Shown in pieces: positions 38,750 to 49,278 of a stretch of 64,000 nt of DNA; the stretch's first letter is position 1; each line of letters opens with the position of its first letter. The DNA comes from an uncultured bacterium (GTDB lineage: Bacteria; Oederibacteriota; Oederibacteriia; Oederibacteriales; Oederibacteriaceae): assembly GCA_965112635.1 (NCBI GenBank), contig OZ218778.1:288001-352000 (forward strand), read 5' to 3'. The translations under genes and the position numbers were made by a program. The notes below the pieces were generated by a model. That model was not told where the DNA came from and did no database searches. It saw only the letters and a list, made by a program, of their open reading frames with translations.

Positions 38750-40189
38750 CTACCAGCGGATCGCTCCGCCCAGCTCATCGTTGATCTTGGAATGGGCCTG
38801 ACCTACCAGGTCCGAGGCCTTGGAGATCTTATCATTAGTCAGGTCAAAATTCCCCTGATTCACGGCCTGGCTGGCCTCGTCCAGATCGGCATCGATCTGG
38901 CTGAGCAGTTCCGTGACCAAAGAACCATACCCCCTTCTCTGGATCTCCTGGACAGCCTCCCGTTGCTTCTCTATCTGGACCGACAGTTTTTTGACCATCG
39001 CCTGATCAGGAGTAAGCGTGGCTGTGGGAAGAGGAGTGAAAGTTTCCGTGGGTGTGGAGGTGGGCCTATGTTTGTGCCGGATAACCGGTGTCGGGGTTGG
39101 AGTCACGGTGGGCTGGCTGGTGGGTAATGGAGTCGCGGTCGGACTATAACCGCCCCTGGGACCTCCAGCAGGAAGGTTCGCGGGAGTTTTAGCCGGAACA
39201 CCCGGAACCTGTTTGTGGGGTGCTAGGTTCCCCTCTTGCTGGCCCCATCCCCTTCCGGTTGAAAATCCATAGGACAAACTGGCCAGATGGCTCATGCCCA
39301 GGTCGCCCCAGAGCGAAAGAGCATAATCCAGTTTCCACGTGTCATAATAAAAGCCCACTCCCGTATAAAGGCCGGCAAGGCCATCCAGCATCCGGTCATT
39401 CAGATCATAAGCATATCCCGTTCTGAGCGCCAGGAAAGACAAGACCCTGTACTCCCCTCCCATCCTGATCTCAGGATCATCATCCATATCTTTGGTTAGA
39501 TCGGCGTCGATCAGCAGATGGTGGTCCAGGGTACTCGTAGCCACTCCCAGCCTGAGCAGGGCAGCCTGGTCACTGCCCACGGAACGGAACTTCACAGGCT
39601 GTCCGATATTCCCAAAATACAAACCCGCCTGCATCCAGGAAGAGAGCTGATAAACCAGACCAAGGTCGACGGAAAAGGCGCTGGCGCTGTCAATGTCGAT
39701 GATCTCCTGGGCCATTTTTAAGGCCAATCCCACGGAAAGGTCGTCATTGAGCTCCAGACCGTAGCCGAGGGTATAGGCATAATCGCTAACGGTAAAGGAA
39801 CCGATCGGCCTATCATTCTCGTCATAAGCGTCTATCGGGGGACCTTGTAGGACAAAGACGCTTCCGGCGATGGTTCCAAAATTTTTCAGGGGCAAGGCCA
39901 CGGCTCCCGCGGAATAGCTCATATTGGCGAGATAACTGCTGAAGCCCAGTAGAACCTCCGTGTTCTTCAGGGACCCCAGTCCGCCGGGATTATAGAACAA
40001 CGAGTTGACATCCGTGGCGCAGGCTGTGTAGGCGCCTGCCATCCCCATGGGCCTGCCTCCAGATTCCAGATTCAAAAAGGTAAGCGAGTTCTGGCCTCCG
40101 CTGGTGCCCCGCATCTGGGGAGGCAGAATAAGAGTCATCGACACCAGCAGCATAAGCATCCAGACGTTGTTTTTGGGGCTCATTTTCAT
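38750..40189 (-). CDS. PorV/PorQ-like outer-membrane beta-barrel with Pro/Thr linker and coiled-coil tail
   Basis: FLNLESGGRPMGMAGAY, SLFYNPGGL, LRTGY, DYAL..WGDLG.SH..SLSYGF. Confidence 0.82.
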   Translation of the reverse strand: MKMSPKNNVWMLMLLVSMTLILPPQMRGTSGGQNSLTFLNLESGGRPMGMAGAYTACATDVNSLFYNPGGLGSLKNTEVLLGFSSYLANMSYSAGAVALPLKNFGTIAGSVFVLQGPPIDAYDENDRPIGSFTVSDYAYTLGYGLELNDDLSVGLALKMAQEIIDIDSASAFSVDLGLVYQLSSWMQAGLYFGNIGQPVKFRSVGSDQAALLRLGVATSTLDHHLLIDADLTKDMDDDPEIRMGGEYRVLSFLALRTGYAYDLNDRMLDGLAGLYTGVGFYYDTWKLDYALSLWGDLGMSHLASLSYGFSTGRGWGQQEGNLAPHKQVPGVPAKTPANLPAGGPRGGYSPTATPLPTSQPTVTPTPTPVIRHKHRPTSTPTETFTPLPTATLTPDQAMVKKLSVQIEKQREAVQEIQRRGYGSLVTELLSQIDADLDEASQAVNQGNFDLTNDKISKASDLVGQAHSKINDELGGAIRW

Positions 40190-42591
40190 CGGACCACCGC
40201 CAGTCTTCCTATCTTGCGGTTCCCGGTTTTTTTATCAGTGGCGATCCAGATATATAGGTCGCTTCCTACATCCACCCCGTCCTGATTTTTCAAATCCCAA
40301 ATAATGTCGCCTGGGCTGGTTTCTTCCAGGGTAATTACATGCCTGATATCCACGGTGTAAATGGCCACGGAAACCTGGGCGGTCAATCCTGTGAAATGGA
40401 TCATAGTGACCCCTTTATAGACCCGTGCCGGGTTGGGATAGGGGTGCATTTGAGTAAGGTCGGAAGGGACGGTCGTCACTGTGGGTGTCAATGAAGGGGT
40501 CAAAGTCTGGGTTCTCGTTCCTGTCATGGTACCGGTCAGAGTGACCGACCCGGTTGCCGTAGCGGTTGCGGTCAAAGAAGGGGTCAAGGTCTTAGTGATC
40601 GTGGCTGACGCCGAAGCAGTAGCCGACGCCGAGGCGGTAGCCGAGGCGGTCGCAGAGGAGGTCATAGTACTCGATATAATCGCTGTGAAGGTAGGAGAAC
40701 TACTGACCGTACTCGTCCCTGTGGCTGTAGCCGTCGGCGATGAGGTCCGGGTGGCGGTTGAAGTGCCGGTAGAGGCCAGGGTCTGGGTGGCCGTGGCTGT
40801 CGCTGAAGCAGTAGCCGACGCCGAGGCAGTAGCCGAGGCGGTTGAAGTGCCGGTAGAGGTCGGGGTCGGAGTAGCGGTGAAGGTGGTTGAAACAGTATTG
40901 CTGGGTGTTGCTGTCGCAGTGGTGCTCCAGGTATGAGTAGGGGTGGGAGAAGCAGAACTGGTGGAAGTATAGGTTGCGGAACATGTGTCTGTGGCGGTCG
41001 GGGAGTCAGTAGCAGAAGCAGTGGGGGTAGGCGTCTGAGTGGCACTCTTAGTGGCAGTCTCACTTGATGTCGCAGTGGCGGTATGAGTGTCTGATGCTGT
41101 CGCCGTACTCGTGCTGGTTACCGTGGCCGAAGCTGTGGCTGTTGCTGAGCTGGTGCCAGTAGGGGTCGCCGACTCTGTCCCTGTGATTGTACTGGTCTCC
41201 GTGGCCGTAGCTGTGGCTGTTTCAGTTCCCGTAGGGGTCTCAGTGGCTGTAGCAGTTTCTGTGGCAGTGGATGTTTGAGTTTCTGTCTCTGTACCTGTCG
41301 CTGATGTAGTGGCTGTCTCCGAACTGGTGCAAGTGGGGGTCGCCGACTCTGTCGCCGTGCCTGTACTGGTCTCCGTGGCCGTAGCTGTGGCTGTCTCCGA
41401 GCTGGTGCCAGTAGGGGTCGTCGTCTCTGTCGCTGTGTCTATACTGGTCTCCGTGGCGGTTGGCGTCGGAGTGATGTTCAACAAAACGGAGATATTATTA
41501 TCGCTGTAATTCGCTACAGCCATATCGAGCTTCCCATCCCCGTTGAAATCCCCCGCAGCCACGGAAAAAGGATTAGTTCCTACGCCATAATCCGTCTTGG
41601 CCAGGAACGTTCCATCCCCTTTTCCCAGGAGCAGGGAAATGCTATCAACCCCGGTTTGTCTATTTGCCACAGCCAGATCCAGGTGACCATCCCCGTTAAA
41701 ATCCCCAACGGCAATGGAAAAGGGATTATTTCCTACCGCATAATCCGTCTTTGGCCAAAACGTCCCATCCCCCTTCCCCAGAAGAATGGAAACTGTACAA
41801 GGGCTCCCTGCATAATTCGCCACCGCCAGGTCCGGTATCCCGTCCTCGTTAAAATCTCCCACAGCCACGAAAAAAGGCATGCTTTCCACGGCATAATCTG
41901 TTTTGGCCCCGAATGTCCCGTTACCGTTATTCAGAAGTATGGAGACGGTATCGCTTCCAGCATTCGCCACAGCCAGATCCGGGGCCCCATCCCCGTCAAA
42001 ATCCCCCACAGCAACGGATTGAGGACTGCTTCCTACGCCATCATCTGTTTTGGCCCCGAATGTCCCGTTGCCGTTATTCAGAAGTATGGAGACGGTATCG
42101 CTTCCAGCATTCGCCACAGCCAGATCCGGGGCCCCATCCCCGTCAAAATCCCCCACAGCAACGGACGAAGGATTACTTCCTACGCCATAATCCGTCCTCG
42201 TAGAGAAAACCCCTGCCGGCCCCTGAAAGAGTATAGAAATAGTATTGCTGCCCCCATTTGCGACAGCCAGATCATTATCCCCGTCTTGGTCGAAATCCCC
42301 CACAGCCACTGATTGAGGACCGCTTCCTACGCCAAAATCCGCCTTGACCCCGAACGTCCCATTGCGGTTATTCGGAAGTATGGAGACGGTATTGCTTCCC
42401 TGATTCGCCACCGCCAAGTCCGGCCACCCGTACCCGGTAAAATCCCCTACTGCCACGCAATAGGGAGAAGCGCCCACGCCATAATCCGTCCTTTGGAAGC
42501 AAACCGACTGCGAAAAAGCACAGACAGAGGTAAATACAAGGGATATCCAGGCAAGATGAAAAAATAGATATTTTTTTAATACTAATACCAT
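40186..42591 (-). CDS. Secreted FG-GAP/VCBS repeat protein with Thr/Ala/Ser linker and T9SS-like C-terminal domain
   Basis: Seven GDFxxDGxxDLAVAN repeats, about 330-aa TAT/TPT linker, YPNP...IYT...WDLKNQDG...Y...GRLAVVR. Start at ATG 42591 after AGGAG. Confidence 0.88.
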   Translation of the reverse strand: MVLVLKKYLFFHLAWISLVFTSVCAFSQSVCFQRTDYGVGASPYCVAVGDFTGYGWPDLAVANQGSNTVSILPNNRNGTFGVKADFGVGSGPQSVAVGDFDQDGDNDLAVANGGSNTISILFQGPAGVFSTRTDYGVGSNPSSVAVGDFDGDGAPDLAVANAGSDTVSILLNNGNGTFGAKTDDGVGSSPQSVAVGDFDGDGAPDLAVANAGSDTVSILLNNGNGTFGAKTDYAVESMPFFVAVGDFNEDGIPDLAVANYAGSPCTVSILLGKGDGTFWPKTDYAVGNNPFSIAVGDFNGDGHLDLAVANRQTGVDSISLLLGKGDGTFLAKTDYGVGTNPFSVAAGDFNGDGKLDMAVANYSDNNISVLLNITPTPTATETSIDTATETTTPTGTSSETATATATETSTGTATESATPTCTSSETATTSATGTETETQTSTATETATATETPTGTETATATATETSTITGTESATPTGTSSATATASATVTSTSTATASDTHTATATSSETATKSATQTPTPTASATDSPTATDTCSATYTSTSSASPTPTHTWSTTATATPSNTVSTTFTATPTPTSTGTSTASATASASATASATATATQTLASTGTSTATRTSSPTATATGTSTVSSSPTFTAIISSTMTSSATASATASASATASASATITKTLTPSLTATATATGSVTLTGTMTGTRTQTLTPSLTPTVTTVPSDLTQMHPYPNPARVYKGVTMIHFTGLTAQVSVAIYTVDIRHVITLEETSPGDIIWDLKNQDGVDVGSDLYIWIATDKKTGNRKIGRLAVVR

Positions 42592-42883
42592 GGAGCTCCT
42601 TTTAAATTGCCTTTTTTTCCCCTCGCCCTTTAGTCGGATCTGTGTGGACAGGGACTTGAAAAAAGGCCGAAAGGAATAGGCCAAATACAACAACACCTGT
42701 CCATTCCTTTGGAGAAAGGCGATGGGCATTAAAATAGGTTTTATGATCAAGATAAACTTGCATAAGACTGATTTCTGGTACGGGATAAAAAAGGCCCAGA
42801 AAAACTTTCCCAGTAACGGTTTAGTCCCGGCCCTCAGAAAGGAATACTACTTCTCGCAGCAGACTCAAGCGGAATGACGAGAG

Positions 42884-43999
42884 CTATCCAGTATAGTTCT
42901 CACAATATTTTTTGGTCCAACGTACTCTTTCTAAACACTCTTCCGGCGCTCCCTGGGGAAACTCGTCGGAAATGCCCAGGACCAGTTTAGGATGGAACAG
43001 CTTGACCAGCTTTTTGACGCAGGCCTCCAGTTCCTCGGCCTTGTAATAGGGCATAAAAAATACGGCCGGGATCCCGTCTAGCAGGATCTTGTCCCCCAGA
43101 TGCGCCTTCATCTCGTCAATGCTCACGTCTCCCTGCGGCAGAGGCGTCAGGGCCTCTATGCCGTCAAAGGGAAGGTCTTTTAGATACGGGAGGAGAGGCT
43201 TGAAGTATCCGTCAAAATGGGCGTAGGTGTATATCCCGGCTTTCCTGAGCTGGCCGACTCGCTTCTGATAGAAAGGAATAAAATATTTCTCAAAATAGGC
43301 CTGCGACAGGAGCTGGGCATGGACATTTTCGCCGAAATTCATGATATGGAGGCCCTTGGCCCTAGCCAACTGCTCATACAAGGAGTCATAGGAATCGTCA
43401 ATGGCTTTCATGAGGGTTTCCACCTTATCCGGCATGTCCGTCATGGCAAAAATAAAATCCTCCAAAGTGGACAGGTTGAGGCACATGGCCTGGTAGGGAC
43501 TGCGGGGCACCCAGAACTGCGGCTCTCCCCGGTCGCCCATGTTGGCCGCGCCCTTATCAAATTTTTCCTGGTTGAAAAGGTAGCTGGTGTTTTGCATCAG
43601 CCAGGTCGCCTTGTCGTAGTCCGCCCCGCTGACCACGGGAAATTTGGTCTCACGCCAGGTATTATCCTGGGTCCATTGGTGCTCTTCGGTCAGGGGCCCG
43701 AATGGGGTCTCCATCACAATGACCATGGATTTGCCTTCTATAGTTTTATTAGTGATCTTGACCTTGTCGGAATATTTCACCTCAATGGGGTCGGGCATGC
43801 CGGTGTAATAGTGGATATAGCGCATGGAAACATCCAGGTCGTCGTAAAATCCGAGGGTATCCATGGCCGCCAGCCGGGGCGATATGGTCTTGCGCTGTTT
43901 GTGGTAATCGAACCACGGCTCAATGCGCGGCTGGAAAAAAACGCAAGGGTTCTTCTTACCGGTGAAAACGTTCAGGTTCATCTCACGCTTGGTCATCAA
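42884..43999 (-). CDS. Uroporphyrinogen decarboxylase-like family protein
   Basis: HFDG, GIEALTPLPQGD, ILLDGIP, LGISDE. Confidence 0.75.
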   Translation of the reverse strand: MMTKREMNLNVFTGKKNPCVFFQPRIEPWFDYHKQRKTISPRLAAMDTLGFYDDLDVSMRYIHYYTGMPDPIEVKYSDKVKITNKTIEGKSMVIVMETPFGPLTEEHQWTQDNTWRETKFPVVSGADYDKATWLMQNTSYLFNQEKFDKGAANMGDRGEPQFWVPRSPYQAMCLNLSTLEDFIFAMTDMPDKVETLMKAIDDSYDSLYEQLARAKGLHIMNFGENVHAQLLSQAYFEKYFIPFYQKRVGQLRKAGIYTYAHFDGYFKPLLPYLKDLPFDGIEALTPLPQGDVSIDEMKAHLGDKILLDGIPAVFFMPYYKAEELEACVKKLVKLFHPKLVLGISDEFPQGAPEECLERVRWTKKYCENYTG

Positions 44000-44026
44000 T
44001 CTCCTCCTGCGTCAATAATGAGACTA

Positions 44027-44821
44027 TCATAGGACCTGCCTGTTCTTTGCGCAACGCAATCTTTGCACCAAGGCCATCTCATTCTTTCCCAGAGGCCGGA
44101 TGGCCAGGGGAACACCAAAATATTCCTGCCAGCCCTCGCCAAGCGCTTTGACAACTTCCTGAAAACTTGTTCTTTTGCCCAAAACCTCTTCTAAAGTCAC
44201 GATTTTATCCTTCAAGATCCTGGCGGATAACCCGGCTTTGGCTTGGAAACAGGACAGGACCTTTTTTTTGTCCAATCTCAGCAGAAGCGACCCGTGTTGC
44301 AGCCTGGCTGTCTTGGTGCGGCGCTGGGCGCTGCCGATGAGTTTTTTCCCGTCCACGGTCATATCGTAGCAGCTGTGCCGGGCCAGGCAGTAGGCCTGGC
44401 TGTCCTTGGAAGAAGGGCCCTTGGCTTCCCTAGCCAGGCTGGTCCTCACGCCCAAATGGTCCAGCAGGCCTTTTTGGAGTCCGGCCAGGATGGCCGCGTA
44501 AGACTCCCGGGTATTTTCGGGGATACGCCCCTCCGCCGCGTTCCAGACAAAGCTGTAGGTCACCTCATGCTCGTGGAAAAGAGCGCCGCCGCCTGTGACG
44601 CGCCGCACGATATCAATATGGTTCTTTTTACAATAAGTGACATCCGCGACCTCTTCTTTTTTTTGGAAATAACCCAGGGATAAGGCGGCTGGTTTCCAGC
44701 CGTAAAGGCGCAGGGTCGGAGGAATTTTTTTTTGGCCTGCTAAGGTAAGGAGAGCCTCGTCGACCGACATATTGGTCTCTCCATCCCGCTTTCCGGTCAG
44801 AAGCAGACGCCAGGGCCGCAT
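44027..44821 (-). CDS. Lipoate-protein ligase / octanoyltransferase (LplA/LipM family)
   Basis: PTLRLYGW, SLGYFQ, VRRVTGGGALFH, KLIGSAQRR, LQHGS; adjacent to gcv. Confidence 0.92.
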   Translation of the reverse strand: MRPWRLLLTGKRDGETNMSVDEALLTLAGQKKIPPTLRLYGWKPAALSLGYFQKKEEVADVTYCKKNHIDIVRRVTGGGALFHEHEVTYSFVWNAAEGRIPENTRESYAAILAGLQKGLLDHLGVRTSLAREAKGPSSKDSQAYCLARHSCYDMTVDGKKLIGSAQRRTKTARLQHGSLLLRLDKKKVLSCFQAKAGLSARILKDKIVTLEEVLGKRTSFQEVVKALGEGWQEYFGVPLAIRPLGKNEMALVQRLRCAKNRQVL

Positions 44822-44830
44822 GGGGATGGC

Positions 44831-46288
44831 CTAGAGGGAGCCGGGTTTACGGTAACGCAGGTTGGGTTGGCGCGCTGCCGCAACCTCGTCCAGCCGGGAA
44901 ACCGGGGTGGTAAGAGGCGCATCATGGAGTCTTTGCGGCTGCTCGTTGGCCTCCTGGACAATGGATTTGATGGCCTCAATGAAGCTTTCCAAAGTTTCTT
45001 TGGACTCTGTTTCCGTAGGCTCGATCATCAGAGCCTCTTCCACGATCAGGGGAAAATAGACCGTGGGCGCGTGAAATCCGTAGTCCAGGAGCCGCTTGGC
45101 AATGTCCAAGGCCCGTATCCCCTTTTCCTTGAGGAGCCTGGCGGATAGAACGAACTCATGCTTGCAGGGTCCTGGATAGGGCGACTCCAGAACTTCCCGG
45201 AGCCGCGACAGCATGTAATTGGCGTTCAAAACCGCCTGCTCGCTCGCCTGCTTCAGTCCTTCGGGGCCCAGGCTGAGGATGTAGGCATAGGCCCGGACAA
45301 TGATCCCAAAATTTCCCAAAAACGACCTGACCCTGCCGATGCTTTGCGGCCTGTCGTAGATAAGCTCGAAAACTCCGCCCTTTTTCTCGATGGCCGGCAA
45401 AGGCAAAAAGGGTTCCAAGGACTTTTTGACGCCGATGGGACCGGAACCCGGCCCTCCTCCGCCGTGCGGCGTGGAAAAAGTTTTGTGCAGGTTGAAATGC
45501 ATCAGGTCCACTCCCATGTCGCCGGGCCGGCATTTACCCATGACCGCGTTGAGATTGGCGCCGTCGTAATAGACCAGCCCGCCCGCTTTGTGGACTTTGT
45601 CGCAGATGGTAGCGATCTCTTTTTCAAACAGGCCCAGGGTGTTGGGGTTGGTCAGCATCAAAGCAGCCACGCGGTCGTTCAAATGCCTGAGGAGGTCCTG
45701 AAGGTCGATTTGGCCGTGCCGGTCTGATTTCACCACCTGGACCTGGAAGCCCGCCATGGCCGCGCTGGCCGGATTGGTGCCATGGGCCGTGTCCGGTACC
45801 AAAATCACGTCGGGCTTTTTCCTTTTGGAGGAATGATAGGCCCGGACAATGAGCAGGGCGGTCATTTCTCCCTGCGCTCCAGCGGAGGGTTGCAAAGACA
45901 CGGCGTCCATGCCGGATATCTCGGCCAAAAAACCCTGCATCTCGTGGAGCAGGGCCAGCGCGCCCTGGCATTGGGAGGCCGCCAGGTAGGGATGAATGCG
46001 GGCAAACCCGGGTAGACTGGCCGCTTCTTCGTTGACCTTGGGATTGTATTTCATGGTGCAGGAGCCTAAAGGATAAAAATGGGAGTCCACGCCCACGTTG
46101 CGCTGTGACAAACGGGTAAAATGTCTGACCAGCTCCGGCTCGGAAACTTCGGGAAGCTGGGCGGGCTTTTGGCGCAGATATTTCGCGGGGACCAACTTGT
46201 CCACGGGAAGCGTCGGCACGTCCACTCTGGGCAGGGTACAGGCCCGGCGTCCCGGCTTGCCCAGCTCAAACAACAAAGGTTCGTTCAT
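44831..46288 (-). CDS. gcvPB: Glycine dehydrogenase subunit 2
   Basis: [46 protein letters not shown]. Confidence 0.97.
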   Translation of the reverse strand: MNEPLLFELGKPGRRACTLPRVDVPTLPVDKLVPAKYLRQKPAQLPEVSEPELVRHFTRLSQRNVGVDSHFYPLGSCTMKYNPKVNEEAASLPGFARIHPYLAASQCQGALALLHEMQGFLAEISGMDAVSLQPSAGAQGEMTALLIVRAYHSSKRKKPDVILVPDTAHGTNPASAAMAGFQVQVVKSDRHGQIDLQDLLRHLNDRVAALMLTNPNTLGLFEKEIATICDKVHKAGGLVYYDGANLNAVMGKCRPGDMGVDLMHFNLHKTFSTPHGGGGPGSGPIGVKKSLEPFLPLPAIEKKGGVFELIYDRPQSIGRVRSFLGNFGIIVRAYAYILSLGPEGLKQASEQAVLNANYMLSRLREVLESPYPGPCKHEFVLSARLLKEKGIRALDIAKRLLDYGFHAPTVYFPLIVEEALMIEPTETESKETLESFIEAIKSIVQEANEQPQRLHDAPLTTPVSRLDEVAAARQPNLRYRKPGSL

Positions 46289-47634
46289 TTGGCCGCGTCC
46301 TTTAAGGCTTCGACCAGCAGGTCGATCTCGGCCTTGGTCCTTTTTTCCGTCACGCTGAAAAGCAAATGGCCTTTAAGCTCAGGATAGAACCTGTCCATAG
46401 GGATACCACCCAGAATAGAGCGGCGCTTCAACTGTTCCTGGACCTTTTCCGCAGGAACAGGGGAAACAAGAGAGAACTCTTTGAAGAACGGAGCGGCAAA
46501 AGCTGGTTTGAACTTTGTCTTAGCCTGGATCTCACGCAAAGCATAGTGGGATTTTTGCAAACAGGCCTCGCCGACTTCCCGGATCCCCTGTTTGCCCAAG
46601 CAACCCAGGTATATGGCGGCCCGCAGGGCCATCAGAGCCTGGTTGGTGCAGATATTGGAAGTGGCTTTTTCGCGGCGGATATGCTGTTCCCGGGTCTGCA
46701 GGGTCAGGACAAATCCCCGGCGGCCCTGGGTATCCGTGGTCTGGCCGATCAACCTGCCCGGCATCCTGCGGACGAACTGTTCCCGGCAGGCTAGGAACCC
46801 AAAACCCGGCCCGCCAAAACTCATTTCCACACCCAAGCCCTGGCCCTCTCCCACGGCGATAGAGGCCCCCAGCTCTCCGGCTGGAGCAAGCACCCCCTGG
46901 CTGAGAGGATCCACGACCAGGACCAGCAAAGCGCCTTGGCTGGCGACTTCCCGATTAAAAGCAGCCAAATCTTCAAGACAACCGAAAAAATTGGGCTGTT
47001 GGACGATGACAGCGGCTATATCCTGGCTCAAATGCTCTTTGATGAACCCCGCATCGCTGACGCCATCCTTGAAAGGGACCTCGATGAAGGATAAATCAAG
47101 GTTCTGGGTGTAGGTCGTCACCACCTGCCTGTATTCGGGATGGACAGTGCGGCAGATCAGGAATTTATTACGGTTGGTGGAACTATGAGCCATCAAGACC
47201 GCTTCGGCCAGGCTGGAGGCCCCGTCGTACAGGGAAGCGTTGCTGACGTCCATGGCGGTCAATTCGGCCAACAGGGACTGGTATTCATAAAACGCCTGTA
47301 GCGAACCCTGGCTGATCTCCGGCTGGTAAGGGGTATAAGCGGTATAAAATTCGGACCGTCCCGCAAGATGGTCGATCACGCTGGGGATAAAATGGTCGTA
47401 AACGCCCGCACCCAGGAAATCAATATTTTTGTTGTTGTGTTGGTTCTGTTCGGCCATCCCGCTGAGGCGGCTGAGCAATTCCTGCTCCCCCTCCGGCCCA
47501 GGCAGCCGCAGAGGCTGCTGGCGTCTCAATGCTTCGGGGATGTCGCTAAAAAGGTCGTCCACGCTTGCAGCGCCTATCTGCTGCAGCATGGAACTTTGGT
47601 CTTCAGGCGTGACAGGAAGATAAGGAGAGGTCAA
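46285..47634 (-). CDS. gcvPA: Glycine dehydrogenase subunit 1
   Basis: [33 protein letters not shown]. Confidence 0.97.
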   Translation of the reverse strand: MTSPYLPVTPEDQSSMLQQIGAASVDDLFSDIPEALRRQQPLRLPGPEGEQELLSRLSGMAEQNQHNNKNIDFLGAGVYDHFIPSVIDHLAGRSEFYTAYTPYQPEISQGSLQAFYEYQSLLAELTAMDVSNASLYDGASSLAEAVLMAHSSTNRNKFLICRTVHPEYRQVVTTYTQNLDLSFIEVPFKDGVSDAGFIKEHLSQDIAAVIVQQPNFFGCLEDLAAFNREVASQGALLVLVVDPLSQGVLAPAGELGASIAVGEGQGLGVEMSFGGPGFGFLACREQFVRRMPGRLIGQTTDTQGRRGFVLTLQTREQHIRREKATSNICTNQALMALRAAIYLGCLGKQGIREVGEACLQKSHYALREIQAKTKFKPAFAAPFFKEFSLVSPVPAEKVQEQLKRRSILGGIPMDRFYPELKGHLLFSVTEKRTKAEIDLLVEALKDAAK

Positions 47635-48023
47635 TGGCCGGCGCCCTCGGTCTTTAAAAATGCCTCATAGCCTTTGGCGTCCATGAGGTTGTTGAGCTCT
47701 CCAGGATTCTTAATCTCCACTTCCACCATCCAGCCGTCCTCATAAGCCGACTTGCTGACTGTCTCCGGATTGTCCAATAGTTTTTCGTTGACCGACACGA
47801 TCTTGCCGCTTACCGGGGCATTGACCTCAAACACGGCTTTGACCGACTCCACGTTGCCGAACGGTTTGCCTTGCACGACCTCCTGGCCCTGGGGGTTGAG
47901 CTCAATGAAAATGATGTCCCTGATCTCCTGGACCGCGTGGGCCGTGATCCCGAATTTCGCTTTATTGCCGCTGACTTTGACCCATTCATGGGATTTGGTA
48001 TATTTTAAATTTTCCGGTATCAT
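47631..48023 (-). CDS. gcvH: Glycine cleavage H protein
   Basis: YTKSHEW, lipoyl site VESVKA, GWM. Confidence 0.96.
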   Translation of the reverse strand: MIPENLKYTKSHEWVKVSGNKAKFGITAHAVQEIRDIIFIELNPQGQEVVQGKPFGNVESVKAVFEVNAPVSGKIVSVNEKLLDNPETVSKSAYEDGWMVEVEIKNPGELNNLMDAKGYEAFLKTEGAGH

Positions 48024-48130
48024 CTCTCTCCTTCCTAATTATTCAAGGTCATTTTCGCCTATTTTAGTACATCTGCCCTGTTTTCCTAGGCTCTTGTCAA
48101 AAAAAATCAGCCGGCTAGCCGTTCATATCC

Positions 48131-49210
48131 TCATTTTTTGCGCTGGTAGAACGGCAGGCCGCACAGGCTGGCCGCATAGCTTTTGCCCCTGATCTCAATG
48201 GACAGCGTTTCTCTGATCTGGTCCGACCGGACATAAGCCAGGGCAATGCCTTTGTCCAGGCTGGGAGAAAAAGTACCGCTGGTCACCTGCCCCACCGGGG
48301 TCTGGCCCTGCAACACCGGGCATCCCTGCCGCGGCACGCCCCTTTCCTGGAGCACTAGTCCCACCAATTTTTCTTTCACACCTTTTTGGGCTTTGGCCAG
48401 GAGCGTCTCCCTGCCAGCAAAAGGGCCTTTGTTGAAATTGACGAACTTTTCCAGCCCCGCCTCCATGGGCCCGTGCTGAAAGTCCAGCTCATGGCCGTAA
48501 AGCGGGAATGCCATTTCCAGGCGCAAAGTGTCTCTGGCCCCCAGTCCGACCGGCACGAGGCCGTCTCTGCGGCCTTCCTCGGACAAGATATTCCAGACCG
48601 TTTCGGTGTCCTTGGCAGGGCAAAACAGCTCAAACCCGTCTTCACCGGTATACCCGGTCCTGCTGAACAGCACCTGCACGGAGCCGACCTTGCCGCGTGC
48701 AAATCCATAGTAAGGGATGGGGTCCAAAGAAAGGGAGGTGGTGCGGCCGAGGATCTTTAAAGCAAGCGGCCCCTGGATCGCGATCATGCCCAAATGGTCG
48801 GACTGGTCGACGGTCTCCACTTCGCCTTTTTCTCTGCTCTGCAGCCATTGCAGGTCGCGGGCCGTGTTGGAAGCGTTGATGACCAGGAAAATCTCTTCGC
48901 CGTCGTTGGAGACCAGCAGATCGTCCAGCACTTCGCCGTTCTCGTTGCAAAAAAAAGTGTATTTAGAACGGCCCTGCGGGATCTTGGCCACATCAATGGT
49001 CACCAGAGATTGCAAAAAGGCCACCCGGTTGGCTCCCCGGATAACCACGCGTCCCATGTGACAAAGGTCGAACAGGCCCGCATTGGCGCGGGTCTGCTGG
49101 TGTTCCTGCTTGACGCTCTGGTATTGCACCGGCATGTCCCAGCCGGCGAAATCCACCATCTGGGCGCTTAATTTAACGTGGGTTTGGTATAACGGGGTTG
49201 GTTTTGCCAC
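48131..49210 (-). CDS. gcvT: Aminomethyltransferase
   Basis: FAGWDMPVQY, SRTGYTGEDGFE, GLGARDTLRLE. Confidence 0.97.
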   Translation of the reverse strand: MAKPTPLYQTHVKLSAQMVDFAGWDMPVQYQSVKQEHQQTRANAGLFDLCHMGRVVIRGANRVAFLQSLVTIDVAKIPQGRSKYTFFCNENGEVLDDLLVSNDGEEIFLVINASNTARDLQWLQSREKGEVETVDQSDHLGMIAIQGPLALKILGRTTSLSLDPIPYYGFARGKVGSVQVLFSRTGYTGEDGFELFCPAKDTETVWNILSEEGRRDGLVPVGLGARDTLRLEMAFPLYGHELDFQHGPMEAGLEKFVNFNKGPFAGRETLLAKAQKGVKEKLVGLVLQERGVPRQGCPVLQGQTPVGQVTSGTFSPSLDKGIALAYVRSDQIRETLSIEIRGKSYAASLCGLPFYQRKK

Positions 49211-49278
49211 AGATCCCTTTCAGTCAATGCTCCGCTTTACTTACAGTACAAAATTTCCAATTAGTCGGCGCTGGATAA

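Noticed and set aside
40481-41509. Val/Ala-rich plus-strand ORFs
   Set aside because: They are the reverse complement of the Thr/Ala linker of the FG-GAP protein.
49211-49278. Glycine riboswitch upstream of gcvT
   Set aside because: The gap is only 68 bp and shows no aptamer motifs.
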